Source: Chlamydiota bacterium (GTDB lineage Bacteria > Chlamydiota > Chlamydiia > Chlamydiales > SM23-39). From it: 64,000 bases of DNA. Below, piece by piece: positions 19,080 through 28,497 of the stretch. Numbering within the stretch: position 1 is the first letter of the stretch; every line of letters starts with the position of its first letter. Under the pieces are notes generated by a model. It was not told the origin of the DNA. It worked only from the letters and a program-made list of their open reading frames with translations, and did no database searches. A program made the position numbers and the translations under genes. The stretch spans positions 1 through 64,000 of the forward strand of contig JBCAXK010000001.1 of NCBI GenBank assembly GCA_038534095.1. The letters are read 5' to 3'.

Positions 19080-19565
19080 ATGGCTACAGTATCGTTTGAG
19101 GGGTTTTCACAAAAATTGAATAAATGGGATATTTATCCAGGCGTTTCTACTGTTTACTCGGGGCCTGTTCGGATACTTGTCGCCATAGCTCAGGTTGTTT
19201 CTGGGGTTGCTTTAGGCATTTTTTCCTGCGCTTTTGGATGGACCAATGGCGCTTCTTCATGGGGAAAGAATGTCAGCGCAAATGCCCAAGAAACTTGGTG
19301 CGGAGCTTGTAACTTAGTAAGAGGCGTAGTCGCAACAGTTCCTGTTTTAGGCAACCTACTCATTTATCTATATGAAAACTCTCCGTTAGGACCTACCGTG
19401 TTAAGAAGAGATGCGAGTGGGCTATATACTTTACCTCCTGTTGATGTACCAGGATTCAAAAATATGGGAACGATCACAGGAGAGGAACTCAACATCCGTA
19501 TTGGTGATTTTCATATTGATACAAAAAATGGTATTGTTCCTCAGGGTTGGATCTTAATCGAGTAA
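19080..19565 (+). CDS. Hypothetical membrane protein (Inc-like hydrophobic hairpin)
   Basis: GGAGA RBS; two hydrophobic segments, VRILVAIAQVVSGVALGIF and LVRGVVATVPVLGNLLIYL. Confidence 0.65.
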   Translation: MATVSFEGFSQKLNKWDIYPGVSTVYSGPVRILVAIAQVVSGVALGIFSCAFGWTNGASSWGKNVSANAQETWCGACNLVRGVVATVPVLGNLLIYLYENSPLGPTVLRRDASGLYTLPPVDVPGFKNMGTITGEELNIRIGDFHIDTKNGIVPQGWILIE

Positions 19566-19964
19566 TTCGCTCAAAATCTAGAATCAAGATTACGCGCGCT
19601 ATTTCGAACGTTTGCAAAAGTATTCTAAGCCCTTCTAAAACCGTTTGCAAAGGCAGTTTTTGTAACAGAGATTGCTAATTTTTAACCACAAACCAAAGCG
19701 GCTCTGTTGGATTGCGTCCAAACGAAGCTAGAGCAAAAAAGGACCGATTTTTAGAAAAAACAGAATAGGTCATCAGTGGTCATGTGAAAAAAGTTCTGCG
19801 CGCTAACTATGAAAAATCCTACGTGATTGATCGCTCTCTCGAAGCAAACCATCTGTAGATCAAAGAGAAATAGGTCTCCATAATCTGTGAACGAAAGTAG
19901 GGCTTTATAGACATCTCCCTATGCTCGTCTTGCTCTCCACTTTTTTTGTCCTATTTGATAAGCT

Positions 19965-22196
19965 ATGTTACTAAAGGCTCAAATAGGAAGATTTTTGGAC
20001 AGTATTCAAGGCCATATAGAAACGATTGTTTTTCACGCAGAAGAAACTGGCTTCACCGTAGCAAGGTTGCATTCTGAAGAACAAAAAAATCTTGTAACGA
20101 TCATCGGACCTATGCCCAATGCGAGGGCCGGACAGTACATCAAGGCGCAAGGCAATTGGCAAACCCATCCGCAACATGGGAAACAATTCTCATTGCAGTC
20201 TTTTGAAACCGTTCAACCCTCCACAACTTTAGGGATACAAAAATACCTAGAATCGGGGCTTATACAAGGAATCGGACCAGTCTACGCAGAAAAAATTGTT
20301 GCGAGGTTTGGTGAAACTACTCTCGATATCATTCAAAATGCACCCCAAAGGTTAAGAGAGATCCCTGGACTTGGAGAAAAGCGGCTGAGGCAAATCATCG
20401 CGTCTTGGGCTGAGCAGCGCTCGATTCGGGATGTGATGATCTTTTTACAAGGTCTTCACATCACCCCCACCTACGCGCAAAAAATTTACCGGGTGTATAA
20501 AGAACAAAGCATTGAAGTTGTGAAAAACAGGCCTTATGACCTTGCAAAAGAGATCTTTGGTATTGGCTTCAAAATGGCTGATGCGATTGCTCTTCGTGTG
20601 GGCTTAAAAAAAGACTCTTTAGAACGGAAGGTAGCCGGTCTCTGCTACTTCCTTTGGGATAGCGGCACCAAAGGGCATACCTGTTTGCCCTTAGCGCTAC
20701 TCTGCAAAGAGACAGCCCGCATGCTTGATGTGGAAGAGGCGCAGATGGAAGAGGCGATCTCTGCAGCAAAAGAACAGCGATTGATTGTTGTAGAAGAAAA
20801 CACCAAGGATCCAGGCTTTTTGTACGTCTGGGCAAATACCTTTTATCGCACCGAACAAGCGATTGCGCAAGAGCTTTTTCGCGTAAAAAAAGCGCCCACT
20901 TCTTTAAGAACCCTCCATATTCTCAAAGCGATCGCTTGGGTAGAAAATGAGCTCTCTTTGCAGCTAGCTGATGAGCAAAAACAGGCCGTAGAGTCTTGTC
21001 TTCAAGAAAAAATCCATATTGTGACAGGAGGCCCCGGTACGGGGAAAAGCACCATCATTAGCGCCATCATCACAATTCTTGCTAAAATTACAAGCCGGAT
21101 TGTTTTGGCCGCTCCTACAGGAAGAGCCGCGAAAAGGCTAACGCAAATCACAAGAAAAAAAGCGCTTACCATTCATAGCCTTTTGGAGCCCGACTTCGCG
21201 TTAGGAGGATTCAAAAGAGGAAAAGCTGTTCCCTTAAAAGCGGACGTTCTCATCATTGATGAGGTCAGTATGGTCGACACGCAGCTCATGCTATCTCTTC
21301 TGTACGCGATTCCCGATCATACAATCGTCTTACTAATAGGAGATGTGGATCAGTTACCTTCGGTTGGGCCAGGCGCTGTCCTTCAAGATCTGATTCAATC
21401 GGGCGTGATCAGCACAACAAAGTTACAAAAAATCTTCCGCCAAGCAGCTGGCTCAAAAATTGTGGTCAATGCGCACAAAATCAACCATGGAGAATTTCCT
21501 GACTTAGGACAGTTCGCCTGGAGCGATTTTCATTTTTACCCAAAAGAGCATACCGAAGATATTTTGTCAGAAGTGCTCCGCCTGGTGCAGAAAGAGATTC
21601 CTGAGAAAAAAAAGTTGCACCCCGTTTGGGATATCCAAGTGCTCTCTCCCATGAAAAAAGGGCCTATAGGAACCTTGGCACTCAACGCAGCGTTGCAAAA
21701 TGCGCTCAATCCCGGAAAAAGCACCCTTATGCAAGGAGGCAAGCAACTGCGCATGCATGATAAGGTGATGCAGATCAAAAACAACTACCAAAAAAATGTT
21801 TACAATGGTGACCTAGGAGAAATCATCGAGATCGCTACGCAGAACTCTTGCGTAAAAATTGCTTTTGATGAGGGGAAGATTGTGGAGTATGATTTTTCTG
21901 AATTAGACGAATTGCAACTAGCTTACGCCGTATCGATTCATAAATCCCAAGGAAGCGAATTCCCTTGTGTCGTGATCCCGGTCCATACTGCCCATTACGC
22001 TCTTTTATGGAGAAACCTTCTCTATACAGCCGTTACAAGAGGAAAGCGGTTTGTTGTCCTTGTTGGACAAAAAAAAGCGGTAGGCATTGCTATCGGGAAC
22101 AACCAAGCTTTTTGTAGGAACACAGGCTTAGCTATGGCGTTAAAAACGTGCGTTCCTCTAGAAGATCCTAAATTACCTTTGCACTTCTCTAACTAA
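19965..22196 (+). CDS. recD2: RecD2-like ATP-dependent DNA helicase
   Basis: N-terminal OB/HhH region (IQGIGPVYAEKIV), TGGPGTGKS, APTGRAAKRL, DEVSM, GDVDQLPSVG, HKSQGSE and YTAVTR. Confidence 0.95.
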   Translation: MLLKAQIGRFLDSIQGHIETIVFHAEETGFTVARLHSEEQKNLVTIIGPMPNARAGQYIKAQGNWQTHPQHGKQFSLQSFETVQPSTTLGIQKYLESGLIQGIGPVYAEKIVARFGETTLDIIQNAPQRLREIPGLGEKRLRQIIASWAEQRSIRDVMIFLQGLHITPTYAQKIYRVYKEQSIEVVKNRPYDLAKEIFGIGFKMADAIALRVGLKKDSLERKVAGLCYFLWDSGTKGHTCLPLALLCKETARMLDVEEAQMEEAISAAKEQRLIVVEENTKDPGFLYVWANTFYRTEQAIAQELFRVKKAPTSLRTLHILKAIAWVENELSLQLADEQKQAVESCLQEKIHIVTGGPGTGKSTIISAIITILAKITSRIVLAAPTGRAAKRLTQITRKKALTIHSLLEPDFALGGFKRGKAVPLKADVLIIDEVSMVDTQLMLSLLYAIPDHTIVLLIGDVDQLPSVGPGAVLQDLIQSGVISTTKLQKIFRQAAGSKIVVNAHKINHGEFPDLGQFAWSDFHFYPKEHTEDILSEVLRLVQKEIPEKKKLHPVWDIQVLSPMKKGPIGTLALNAALQNALNPGKSTLMQGGKQLRMHDKVMQIKNNYQKNVYNGDLGEIIEIATQNSCVKIAFDEGKIVEYDFSELDELQLAYAVSIHKSQGSEFPCVVIPVHTAHYALLWRNLLYTAVTRGKRFVVLVGQKKAVGIAIGNNQAFCRNTGLAMALKTCVPLEDPKLPLHFSN

Positions 22197-24222
22197 CAAC
22201 AGATCCTGCCGAAGCTTTTTCAACAGTCGGAATTTCTAACGCCTCTTTTTCTCCCGCAGCGAGAATCATCCCTTCGCTCAAAATGCCCATGATTTTTCTA
22301 GGCGCTAAATTGGCTAAGAATAACACATGTTTCCCAAGAAGCTCTTCTGGGGAAAACCGTTCAGCAAGCCCAGAAACGACTTGTCTTTGAGCAAAACCGA
22401 GATCGACCTGAATGCAAAGAAGCTTACGACTTTTTTTCACCTTTTCTGCGCTGATGATCTTAGCTACCCGAAGATCAAGAGCCGAGAATTGATCAAATTC
22501 AATCGTTTCTTTTCCAGGGACAGGCGCATTTTCTACCGAAGAAGCAAGCATTTTTTCCTCATATTCTATCGATTCATCTTCAATTTTTTCAAAAAGGACC
22601 TCAGGGTCCTCAAGAACTGTTCCAAATGGAAGCTCCTCTTCTAGAGTATTTTCCCATAACTGCTGCTCAATAGGACGAGAAAACCCAAGCATCTTCCAAA
22701 GGCGGGAAGAGGTATTTGGAATGATTGGAAAGGCAGCAACAGCCAGGAGTTTCATACAAAAAAAACAGGCAAACAGCACCTCATTGACAGCGCTTACGTT
22801 CCCCTCTTTCACAAGCTTCCAAGGCGCATTCGCATTAAAAAACGCGTTGCCTAACGAGGCCATTTTCATGAGGCAACTACACGCCTTTCTCACCTGAAAT
22901 TGATCGTAACTCTGCCCAATTGTTTCCCAGCAAGAGCGCAGATTGTTCATGAACTCTTCTCCCCCCTCACCAAGGTGGGAAAACGCTGTAGAAGAGCCTT
23001 TTGGCAAAGTAGCGTCCCCATACCGTTTAGCAAATACGAACACTCTATGCACAAAATTCCCAAATTTCCCTAACAGATCTGCGTTCGAGCTAGTTTGAAA
23101 ATCTTTCCAAATGAAATCAGCGTCGGCCGTTTCTGGCGCGTTCGCTGCTAAATAATAGCGTGCCTGGTCAGCGCTGTATTTTGTAAAAAACTGTTCAAGA
23201 TCGATCGAATGCCCATCAGACTTGGAGAATTTTTTCCCTTCGAGTTGTAGAAACTCATTGGCAGGAAGCTCATCGACGAGTTTATAAGGCGCATTTTGTC
23301 CCATGACCATGGCAGGAAAAAAGACCGAGTGAAAAGGAATGTTATCTTTTCCAATAAATTGGACAAAAGAGGTGTTAGGATCGAGCCAGAAGTCTTTCCA
23401 AAGGTCTGGGAATCCCTGTTTTTGCGACCAATCCTTTGCCGCTGAAATGTACCCAATCGGCGCATCAAACCAGACGTAGAATACTTTTTTCGAACCATCG
23501 TCCAAGGTGATCGGAATTCCCCAAGTGGCGTCTCTTGTGATCGCTCTTGGTTTTAGATCTTCGATGTATTTTTCAGAAAAATTGCGTACGTTTTCTTTCC
23601 AATGTTTTTCTGCGATCCACTTTTTCAAAGGCTCTTTAAACTGGTCAAAGCGGAGGTAACAGTGCCGGCTTTTTTTCAGAGAAAGGGGGGATCCAGTCAT
23701 TTTAGAGCGGGGGTTCTTTAGATCGAGCGATTCGTAATTTGCCCCGCAAGACGTGCACTCATCTCCTCTAGCTTCGGTAAATCCGCATCTGGGGCAGGTA
23801 CCAACCACATACCTGTCTGCTAAAAATTTCCCCTCTTTTTCCGAGTAGAGATGTAACTCCTCTTTTTCCATGAGAAAGCCATTTTTTTTCAGATCCTGAA
23901 AAAAGGCGAGGACGGTTTCTTCGTGCCCCTCCCAGGTAGTGCGAGAATAGTGATCGAAAGAAAAAGAGAGCTTGTGAAAGAGGGCCTCATTGAGATTGTG
24001 ATAAAGATCTACATGCTCTTTAGGTGTTTTCCCCGCTTTTTCTGCCGATAACGTAATCGGCATGCCATATTCATCAGAGCCAGATAAAAAGAGAACACGG
24101 TCCCCTTGCAATCTGCGGTAACGCGCGTAAATATCTGCAGGAAGATAGGCTCCTGCAATATGCCCAAAATGGGCTGGGCCATTTGCGTATAAAAGAGCTG
24201 ATGTAATCAGCGTCTTTTTCAT
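22189..24222 (-). CDS. metG: Methionine--tRNA ligase with C-terminal tRNA-binding domain
   Basis: YANGPAHFGH, Zn knuckles, YVWFDAPIGY, KFSKS and a C-terminal Trbp111-like domain. Confidence 0.97.
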   Translation of the reverse strand: MKKTLITSALLYANGPAHFGHIAGAYLPADIYARYRRLQGDRVLFLSGSDEYGMPITLSAEKAGKTPKEHVDLYHNLNEALFHKLSFSFDHYSRTTWEGHEETVLAFFQDLKKNGFLMEKEELHLYSEKEGKFLADRYVVGTCPRCGFTEARGDECTSCGANYESLDLKNPRSKMTGSPLSLKKSRHCYLRFDQFKEPLKKWIAEKHWKENVRNFSEKYIEDLKPRAITRDATWGIPITLDDGSKKVFYVWFDAPIGYISAAKDWSQKQGFPDLWKDFWLDPNTSFVQFIGKDNIPFHSVFFPAMVMGQNAPYKLVDELPANEFLQLEGKKFSKSDGHSIDLEQFFTKYSADQARYYLAANAPETADADFIWKDFQTSSNADLLGKFGNFVHRVFVFAKRYGDATLPKGSSTAFSHLGEGGEEFMNNLRSCWETIGQSYDQFQVRKACSCLMKMASLGNAFFNANAPWKLVKEGNVSAVNEVLFACFFCMKLLAVAAFPIIPNTSSRLWKMLGFSRPIEQQLWENTLEEELPFGTVLEDPEVLFEKIEDESIEYEEKMLASSVENAPVPGKETIEFDQFSALDLRVAKIISAEKVKKSRKLLCIQVDLGFAQRQVVSGLAERFSPEELLGKHVLFLANLAPRKIMGILSEGMILAAGEKEALEIPTVEKASAGSVVS

Positions 24223-24425
24223 TACGCGATGCCTACCTGATCTTTTTCACTTTGTTCGGTAACGCTTTGTGCTTGTTTTTGAATCTCTGCAAGAAGGCTA
24301 TCGAGGTTGGAGTACTTGCCAGCCATCACCGTATCTCTTGCGATATGAATCGCGTAGTTGGTGAGAAGGTAGTTACCTTTGAAAATTTTTTTTAACTGCT
24401 CATTTGTCAGATGTTTTTTCGCCAT
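24222..24425 (-). CDS. rpoZ: Chlamydial RNA polymerase omega subunit-like protein
   Basis: 67 aa (LTNEQLKKIF..NYLLTNYAI) between gmk and metG, the conserved gmk-rpoZ position. Confidence 0.7.
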   Translation of the reverse strand: MAKKHLTNEQLKKIFKGNYLLTNYAIHIARDTVMAGKYSNLDSLLAEIQKQAQSVTEQSEKDQVGIA

Positions 24426-24431
24426 ACTGGT

Positions 24432-25016
24432 TTATGTCCTCAAATATTTTGTTTTATGCTCTTCGGCTTGCACAATACTTTTTAAAATGGTATATGACTC
24501 TTCCAAAACGTCATTGATAATATAATAATCGTAATAAGGGAGCATCTCAAGTTCTTTTTTCGCCCTATCAAGGCGTATTTTGATTTCTTCGTCCGTCTCG
24601 GTGTTTCTACTAGTAAGACGTCGTTCTAGCTCTTTATAGGAGGGGGGAAGTAAAAACAGCGTTACGCAGGCAATTTCTTTCATAAGACGAAGGGCTCCTT
24701 CTACATCAATTACAAAGATCGTGTGCATCCCTTTTGCTCGATTGCTTTCTAGCTGAGATTTACTCGTAGCATAATGACCACTTGTATGGGTAATGCTTTC
24801 TAAAAAATCGTCTTGCTTTTGGAAAAACTCGTTTTCCTGTAGAAACCAGTAGTCATGCCCCTGCTTTTCCCCTTCACGAGGCTTTCTCGTTGTGTAGGAG
24901 ACATGCTTCCTCATCATGGGGTGTTCTTCCAAAAGAAGATTGACCAAGGTGGTTTTTCCCGTCCCGGCAGGAGCGCTTATGATGAAGGATAGAGGGGGCA
25001 CACCTTTACTGAACAT
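24432..25016 (-). CDS. gmk: Guanylate kinase
   Basis: SAPAGTGKTT, SYTTRKPREGE, IDVEGA and LPPS motifs. Confidence 0.96.
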   Translation of the reverse strand: MFSKGVPPLSFIISAPAGTGKTTLVNLLLEEHPMMRKHVSYTTRKPREGEKQGHDYWFLQENEFFQKQDDFLESITHTSGHYATSKSQLESNRAKGMHTIFVIDVEGALRLMKEIACVTLFLLPPSYKELERRLTSRNTETDEEIKIRLDRAKKELEMLPYYDYYIINDVLEESYTILKSIVQAEEHKTKYLRT

Positions 25017-25878
25017 TTTGTATCTGCTCTTTGATTCTTTCTAACTCTGCCTTGATCACAAGAGCATTTTTTAATGTGATCTGATCAGAAGATTTCACAG
25101 AAGCTGTATGAATTTCTCGGGACATCTCCCTAAGGAGAAATTCCATTTCTTTACCTACGCTCTTCTTAGAGGAAAAGAGCAAACTTTCTGTCTCTTCTAA
25201 ATGGGAATAGAGCCTGGTAATTTCTTCTTGAATATCCATTTTGGTCAGGTAAAGAGCAGCCTCTCTTCGAAGGCGCTCTTCTTGATCACTTAAGTGGGCA
25301 AATTCCTCAAGTTTTTTCTCCAGCTTACTGCGCAGGTTTTTTTCAATAATAGGAGATCTTTTCACAATTTTTTCTAACGATTTTTCGATCATTTTTAGCG
25401 ATTTGAGCAGGTCTTTTTTCAATCTAACCCCCTCTTTTTCCCTCATAGAAATCAGCGCTTTTAGCGCGCTTTGCGTCAGTTGCGTTAAGGTTTTTTCCCA
25501 CTCTTTTCCTGTGTAAGAGGATTGCAATCCCGATTTTTCAATCTGTTCCAGTAGAAAAGGCAGCGTGATTTCCTCTTTAGAAACTCCAAGAGCGCTCGCC
25601 ACATGCTCCCATTGGTGTTTCCAATGCTTTAAGCTATGAAGGTCTTCTTCTGATAATCCGTTATATCCCTCGACGCTAAAGAAAAAGCGCGCGGTCACTT
25701 GTCCCCTTTCAAGACCTTTTTGTAGAATTTTTCTTACAAGCACTTCAAACGAAGAGAGTTCTTTTGGCAGGCTGATGACAATATCTAAATGCTTTCGGTT
25801 CACAGATTGTAGTTCTACAACAAGCAGGCCCTTTTCCACCGTAGCATCTGCCCTTCCAAAACCTGTCATACTATACAT
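25006..25878 (-). CDS. yicC: YicC/YloC family endoribonuclease
   Basis: SMTGFGR, SVNRKHLD, DIQEEITRL and GKEMEFLLREMSREIHT motifs; upstream of gmk. Confidence 0.92.
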   Translation of the reverse strand: MYSMTGFGRADATVEKGLLVVELQSVNRKHLDIVISLPKELSSFEVLVRKILQKGLERGQVTARFFFSVEGYNGLSEEDLHSLKHWKHQWEHVASALGVSKEEITLPFLLEQIEKSGLQSSYTGKEWEKTLTQLTQSALKALISMREKEGVRLKKDLLKSLKMIEKSLEKIVKRSPIIEKNLRSKLEKKLEEFAHLSDQEERLRREAALYLTKMDIQEEITRLYSHLEETESLLFSSKKSVGKEMEFLLREMSREIHTASVKSSDQITLKNALVIKAELERIKEQIQNVQ

Positions 25879-26285
25879 GAACGACCCGCTCCATAGACCC
25901 TATTCTTACAGAAATCCTTGAAAAAACATACGAAATTCTCACTACTGTCAAGCGCGTGAGCAATAAAGACTAGAGTAAGCTCGGAAATTCCCTCTCTTCC
26001 CTTATTTTGCTAAAAAACACCTCTCAAATTCCCTATTTCTATTCTACAAAGAAAAGACTCTTACTAAGCCTAATCCATAAGCCATCTCTTTTGCTTCAAG
26101 AAGAAGCGTTCGACTAACCTAGAGAGATCCCACTTTACCCAAAGCAAAAATTCCTTTCCCTAAAAATAGGTTACTTTTTAGAAAAACAGACTAATACCAT
26201 TCCTAAAGAAAATTTATTAAAAATAAATCATACATATTGTAAATAGAAAGAATAGCCGAATACTTTAGTAAAAGGAGCATATCTG

Positions 26286-26387
26286 ATGAAAAAGAAACCT
26301 TGGACATTTTTTACAAAAATTCCAAAAGAGGGATGGGGCGTAGGAATGAAAAGATCTTCCCCTTATGAAAAGAAGAAAAAACCGTTA
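26286..26387 (+). CDS. Unannotated 33-aa basic small protein
   Basis: AAGGAG 8 nt before ATG; translates to MKKKPWTFFTKIPKEGWGVGMKRSSPYEKKKNR. Confidence 0.45.
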
Positions 26388-26424
26388 AAAGACATTGTCA
26401 AAAAGGTTCTGGAAAAAAAACTTC

Positions 26425-27069
26425 CTACTTCATGATTTTTTGAATGGGCGCAAAAGAAGTTCTATGCACCCCTGGAACAATCCCACTCATCTCAAGAGCT
26501 TCTTTGTGCTTTTTTGTCCCATAACCTTTGTGCTCATCAAACCTGTACTCGGGAGCAAAATTGTGGATTTGTTCCATGATCCAGTCTCTTCTCACCTTTG
26601 CAAGAATAGACGCTGCTGCGATGAGAGCGCTTCTTTTATCCCCTCCAATCACCATTTCTTGGTGCACCGATGAAGGCAGGCCATGAGGTGGGTGTTTTCC
26701 ATCAATCAATAGGCAATCTGGAGGCGTAAGAAGCGTATCGCAAGCCCTTTTCATTGCTAGAAAAGAGGCTTGATGAACGCCCATTTGGTCAAGAGTTTGT
26801 ACATCGACAAGACCTATACCGAATTCTACTTGAAATGAAGAGACAAGCTGAAGATAGATCGAGTATCTTTGTTTCTCGGTCAAAGATTTTGAATCGTTGA
26901 TTTGAGGGAGATAGAAGGAAGCGGGAAAAAGACAGATAGAGGCAACTACAGGCCCAGCAAAAGGACCTCTACCCACCTCGTCTATACCCGCTACCCTTTG
27001 AAATCCTTTACGTCGAAAGGTTTCATCAAATTGATACAGCGAAGAACGAGTTTCTTCGAAAGGCATCAA
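26425..27069 (-). CDS. rnhB: Ribonuclease HII
   Basis: AGIDEVGRGPFAGPV, NDSK, IAAASILAKVRRD and HKGYGT motifs. Confidence 0.96.
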   Translation of the reverse strand: MMPFEETRSSLYQFDETFRRKGFQRVAGIDEVGRGPFAGPVVASICLFPASFYLPQINDSKSLTEKQRYSIYLQLVSSFQVEFGIGLVDVQTLDQMGVHQASFLAMKRACDTLLTPPDCLLIDGKHPPHGLPSSVHQEMVIGGDKRSALIAAASILAKVRRDWIMEQIHNFAPEYRFDEHKGYGTKKHKEALEMSGIVPGVHRTSFAPIQKIMK

Positions 27070-27482
27070 GATTCTGAAGAAGTTTCTTCAGAAGGAGCTG
27101 TTTCTTTTGGCTCTTCTTTTACCTGCTTAACAGGTTTTTTGAAAAGACGCTCTTTTACTTTCGCTTTCTTCCCCTTCTTACCTCGAAGGTGATAGAGTTT
27201 GGCTCTCTTGGTTTTCCCTGCGCGCACCACCTCAATCTTCTGGATTTTGGGGCTGTGCAATAGAAAGAGCTTTTCCATGCTTGATCCGTAGGCGTGCCGG
27301 TACACGCAAAAGGCTTCGGACAGACCGCTTCCTTGCTTACCAATCACAATCCCTTCAAAGACTTGGATTCTTTCTTTGTTCCCTTCAATGATTCGGATAT
27401 GTACACGAACAGTATCGCCTACACAAAAGGAAGGGAGATCCTTTTTCAGGTGTTCCTGTTCTATTTCTTCAATAATGCTCAC
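27066..27482 (-). CDS. rplS: 50S ribosomal protein L19
   Basis: GDTVRVHIRIIEGNKERIQVFEG and RAKLYHLR; follows trmD. Confidence 0.97.
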   Translation of the reverse strand: MSIIEEIEQEHLKKDLPSFCVGDTVRVHIRIIEGNKERIQVFEGIVIGKQGSGLSEAFCVYRHAYGSSMEKLFLLHSPKIQKIEVVRAGKTKRAKLYHLRGKKGKKAKVKERLFKKPVKQVKEEPKETAPSEETSSES

Positions 27483-27485
27483 TAG

Positions 27486-28178
27486 TTACTCCTTTGTTTC
27501 CCAAAGATCTGGGCGCATTTCCCGTAGTTTTTTTCGCCCTTGCTCTTCTCTCCATTTCTGGATGTTTGCTTGGTGACCGCTTGTCAATATTTCTGGGACA
27601 AGACTCCCAGAAACATCTTGCGGTCTTGTATATTGTGGCCCTTCAAATAAAGAAGGGGCTCCCTTAGAAAATGAATCAAAATAGGGCCCTTCCTGATTAC
27701 CCAAAACCCCTGGTATAAATCTTGCAATTGCTTCAAGTAACACAATCGCAGGGGCGCATCCACTGGGTAAAATATAATCGCCTATGCTAATTTCCTCATC
27801 AATTTCCTGATCGATGATTCTCTGATCAACCCCCTCATAATGTCCTGCAAGCAAAATGAGGTGGTCTTCTTGAGCAAGCTCTTCACATTTTTTTGCTGTC
27901 AGCAATCTCCCCTGAGGAGATAAAAAAATGGTTTTTGCTTTCTCTGTTCGCACGCTACGAATTGCTCGGATACAAGGTTCTGCCATCAGAACCATTCCAG
28001 GGCCCCCTCCAAAGGGGCGATCATCGACCCGATCGTGTTTATTCGAAGCAAAATCCCGAATATCTACCTGATCAATGGTCAAGATTCCCTTCTCCTGAGC
28101 TTTTTTGATGATACTTACAGAAAAAGGACCAGAAAAATATTCAGGAAAAAGAGAGAGGATATGGAAGCGCTTAGGCAT
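27486..28178 (-). CDS. trmD: tRNA (guanine-N1)-methyltransferase
   Basis: DDRPFGGGPGMV, LSPQG, GHYEGVDQR and SIGDYIL. True start is MPKRF at 28178, overlapping the rpsP stop. Confidence 0.96.
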   Translation of the reverse strand: MPKRFHILSLFPEYFSGPFSVSIIKKAQEKGILTIDQVDIRDFASNKHDRVDDRPFGGGPGMVLMAEPCIRAIRSVRTEKAKTIFLSPQGRLLTAKKCEELAQEDHLILLAGHYEGVDQRIIDQEIDEEISIGDYILPSGCAPAIVLLEAIARFIPGVLGNQEGPYFDSFSKGAPSLFEGPQYTRPQDVSGSLVPEILTSGHQANIQKWREEQGRKKLREMRPDLWETKE

Positions 28179-28497
28179 CTTCCTTGATCTGCTTCTCTTT
28201 TTTTCGCTGTTTTGCGCGCAGTTTTGCTGCTTGCTTTTTCTGAGCAAGCTCTTGCAAGACCGCAGGAGAACTTCTTTTGACAAGGGCTTTTGCCTTATCA
28301 GAAATTTCGGCTCCTTGCTCTAGCCAGCGAGCGACTTTTTCTTCGTAAATACAAACATCTTGCTCTAAAGCAGGGTTGTACCAACCTAAAAGATCGATGT
28401 ACGCTCCATCTCTTGGAGCCGTTTTTTTCATCACAACAAGACGGTAGGTCTGTCTATTTCTATTTCCTTGTTGTCTTAAACGAATAATCAATGCCAT
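28171..28497 (-). CDS. rpsP: 30S ribosomal protein S16
   Basis: IRLRQQG...YRLVV...PRDG...LGWYNP and WLEQGA. Confidence 0.97.
   Translation of the reverse strand: MALIIRLRQQGNRNRQTYRLVVMKKTAPRDGAYIDLLGWYNPALEQDVCIYEEKVARWLEQGAEISDKAKALVKRSSPAVLQELAQKKQAAKLRAKQRKKEKQIKEDA

Noticed and set aside
28179..28283. N-terminal extension of TrmD
   Set aside because: Lies inside rpsP in another frame; ATG at 28178 gives the normal start
28171..28283. Absence of rimM between rpsP and trmD as a novelty
   Set aside because: Direct rpsP-trmD adjacency is the usual chlamydial arrangement
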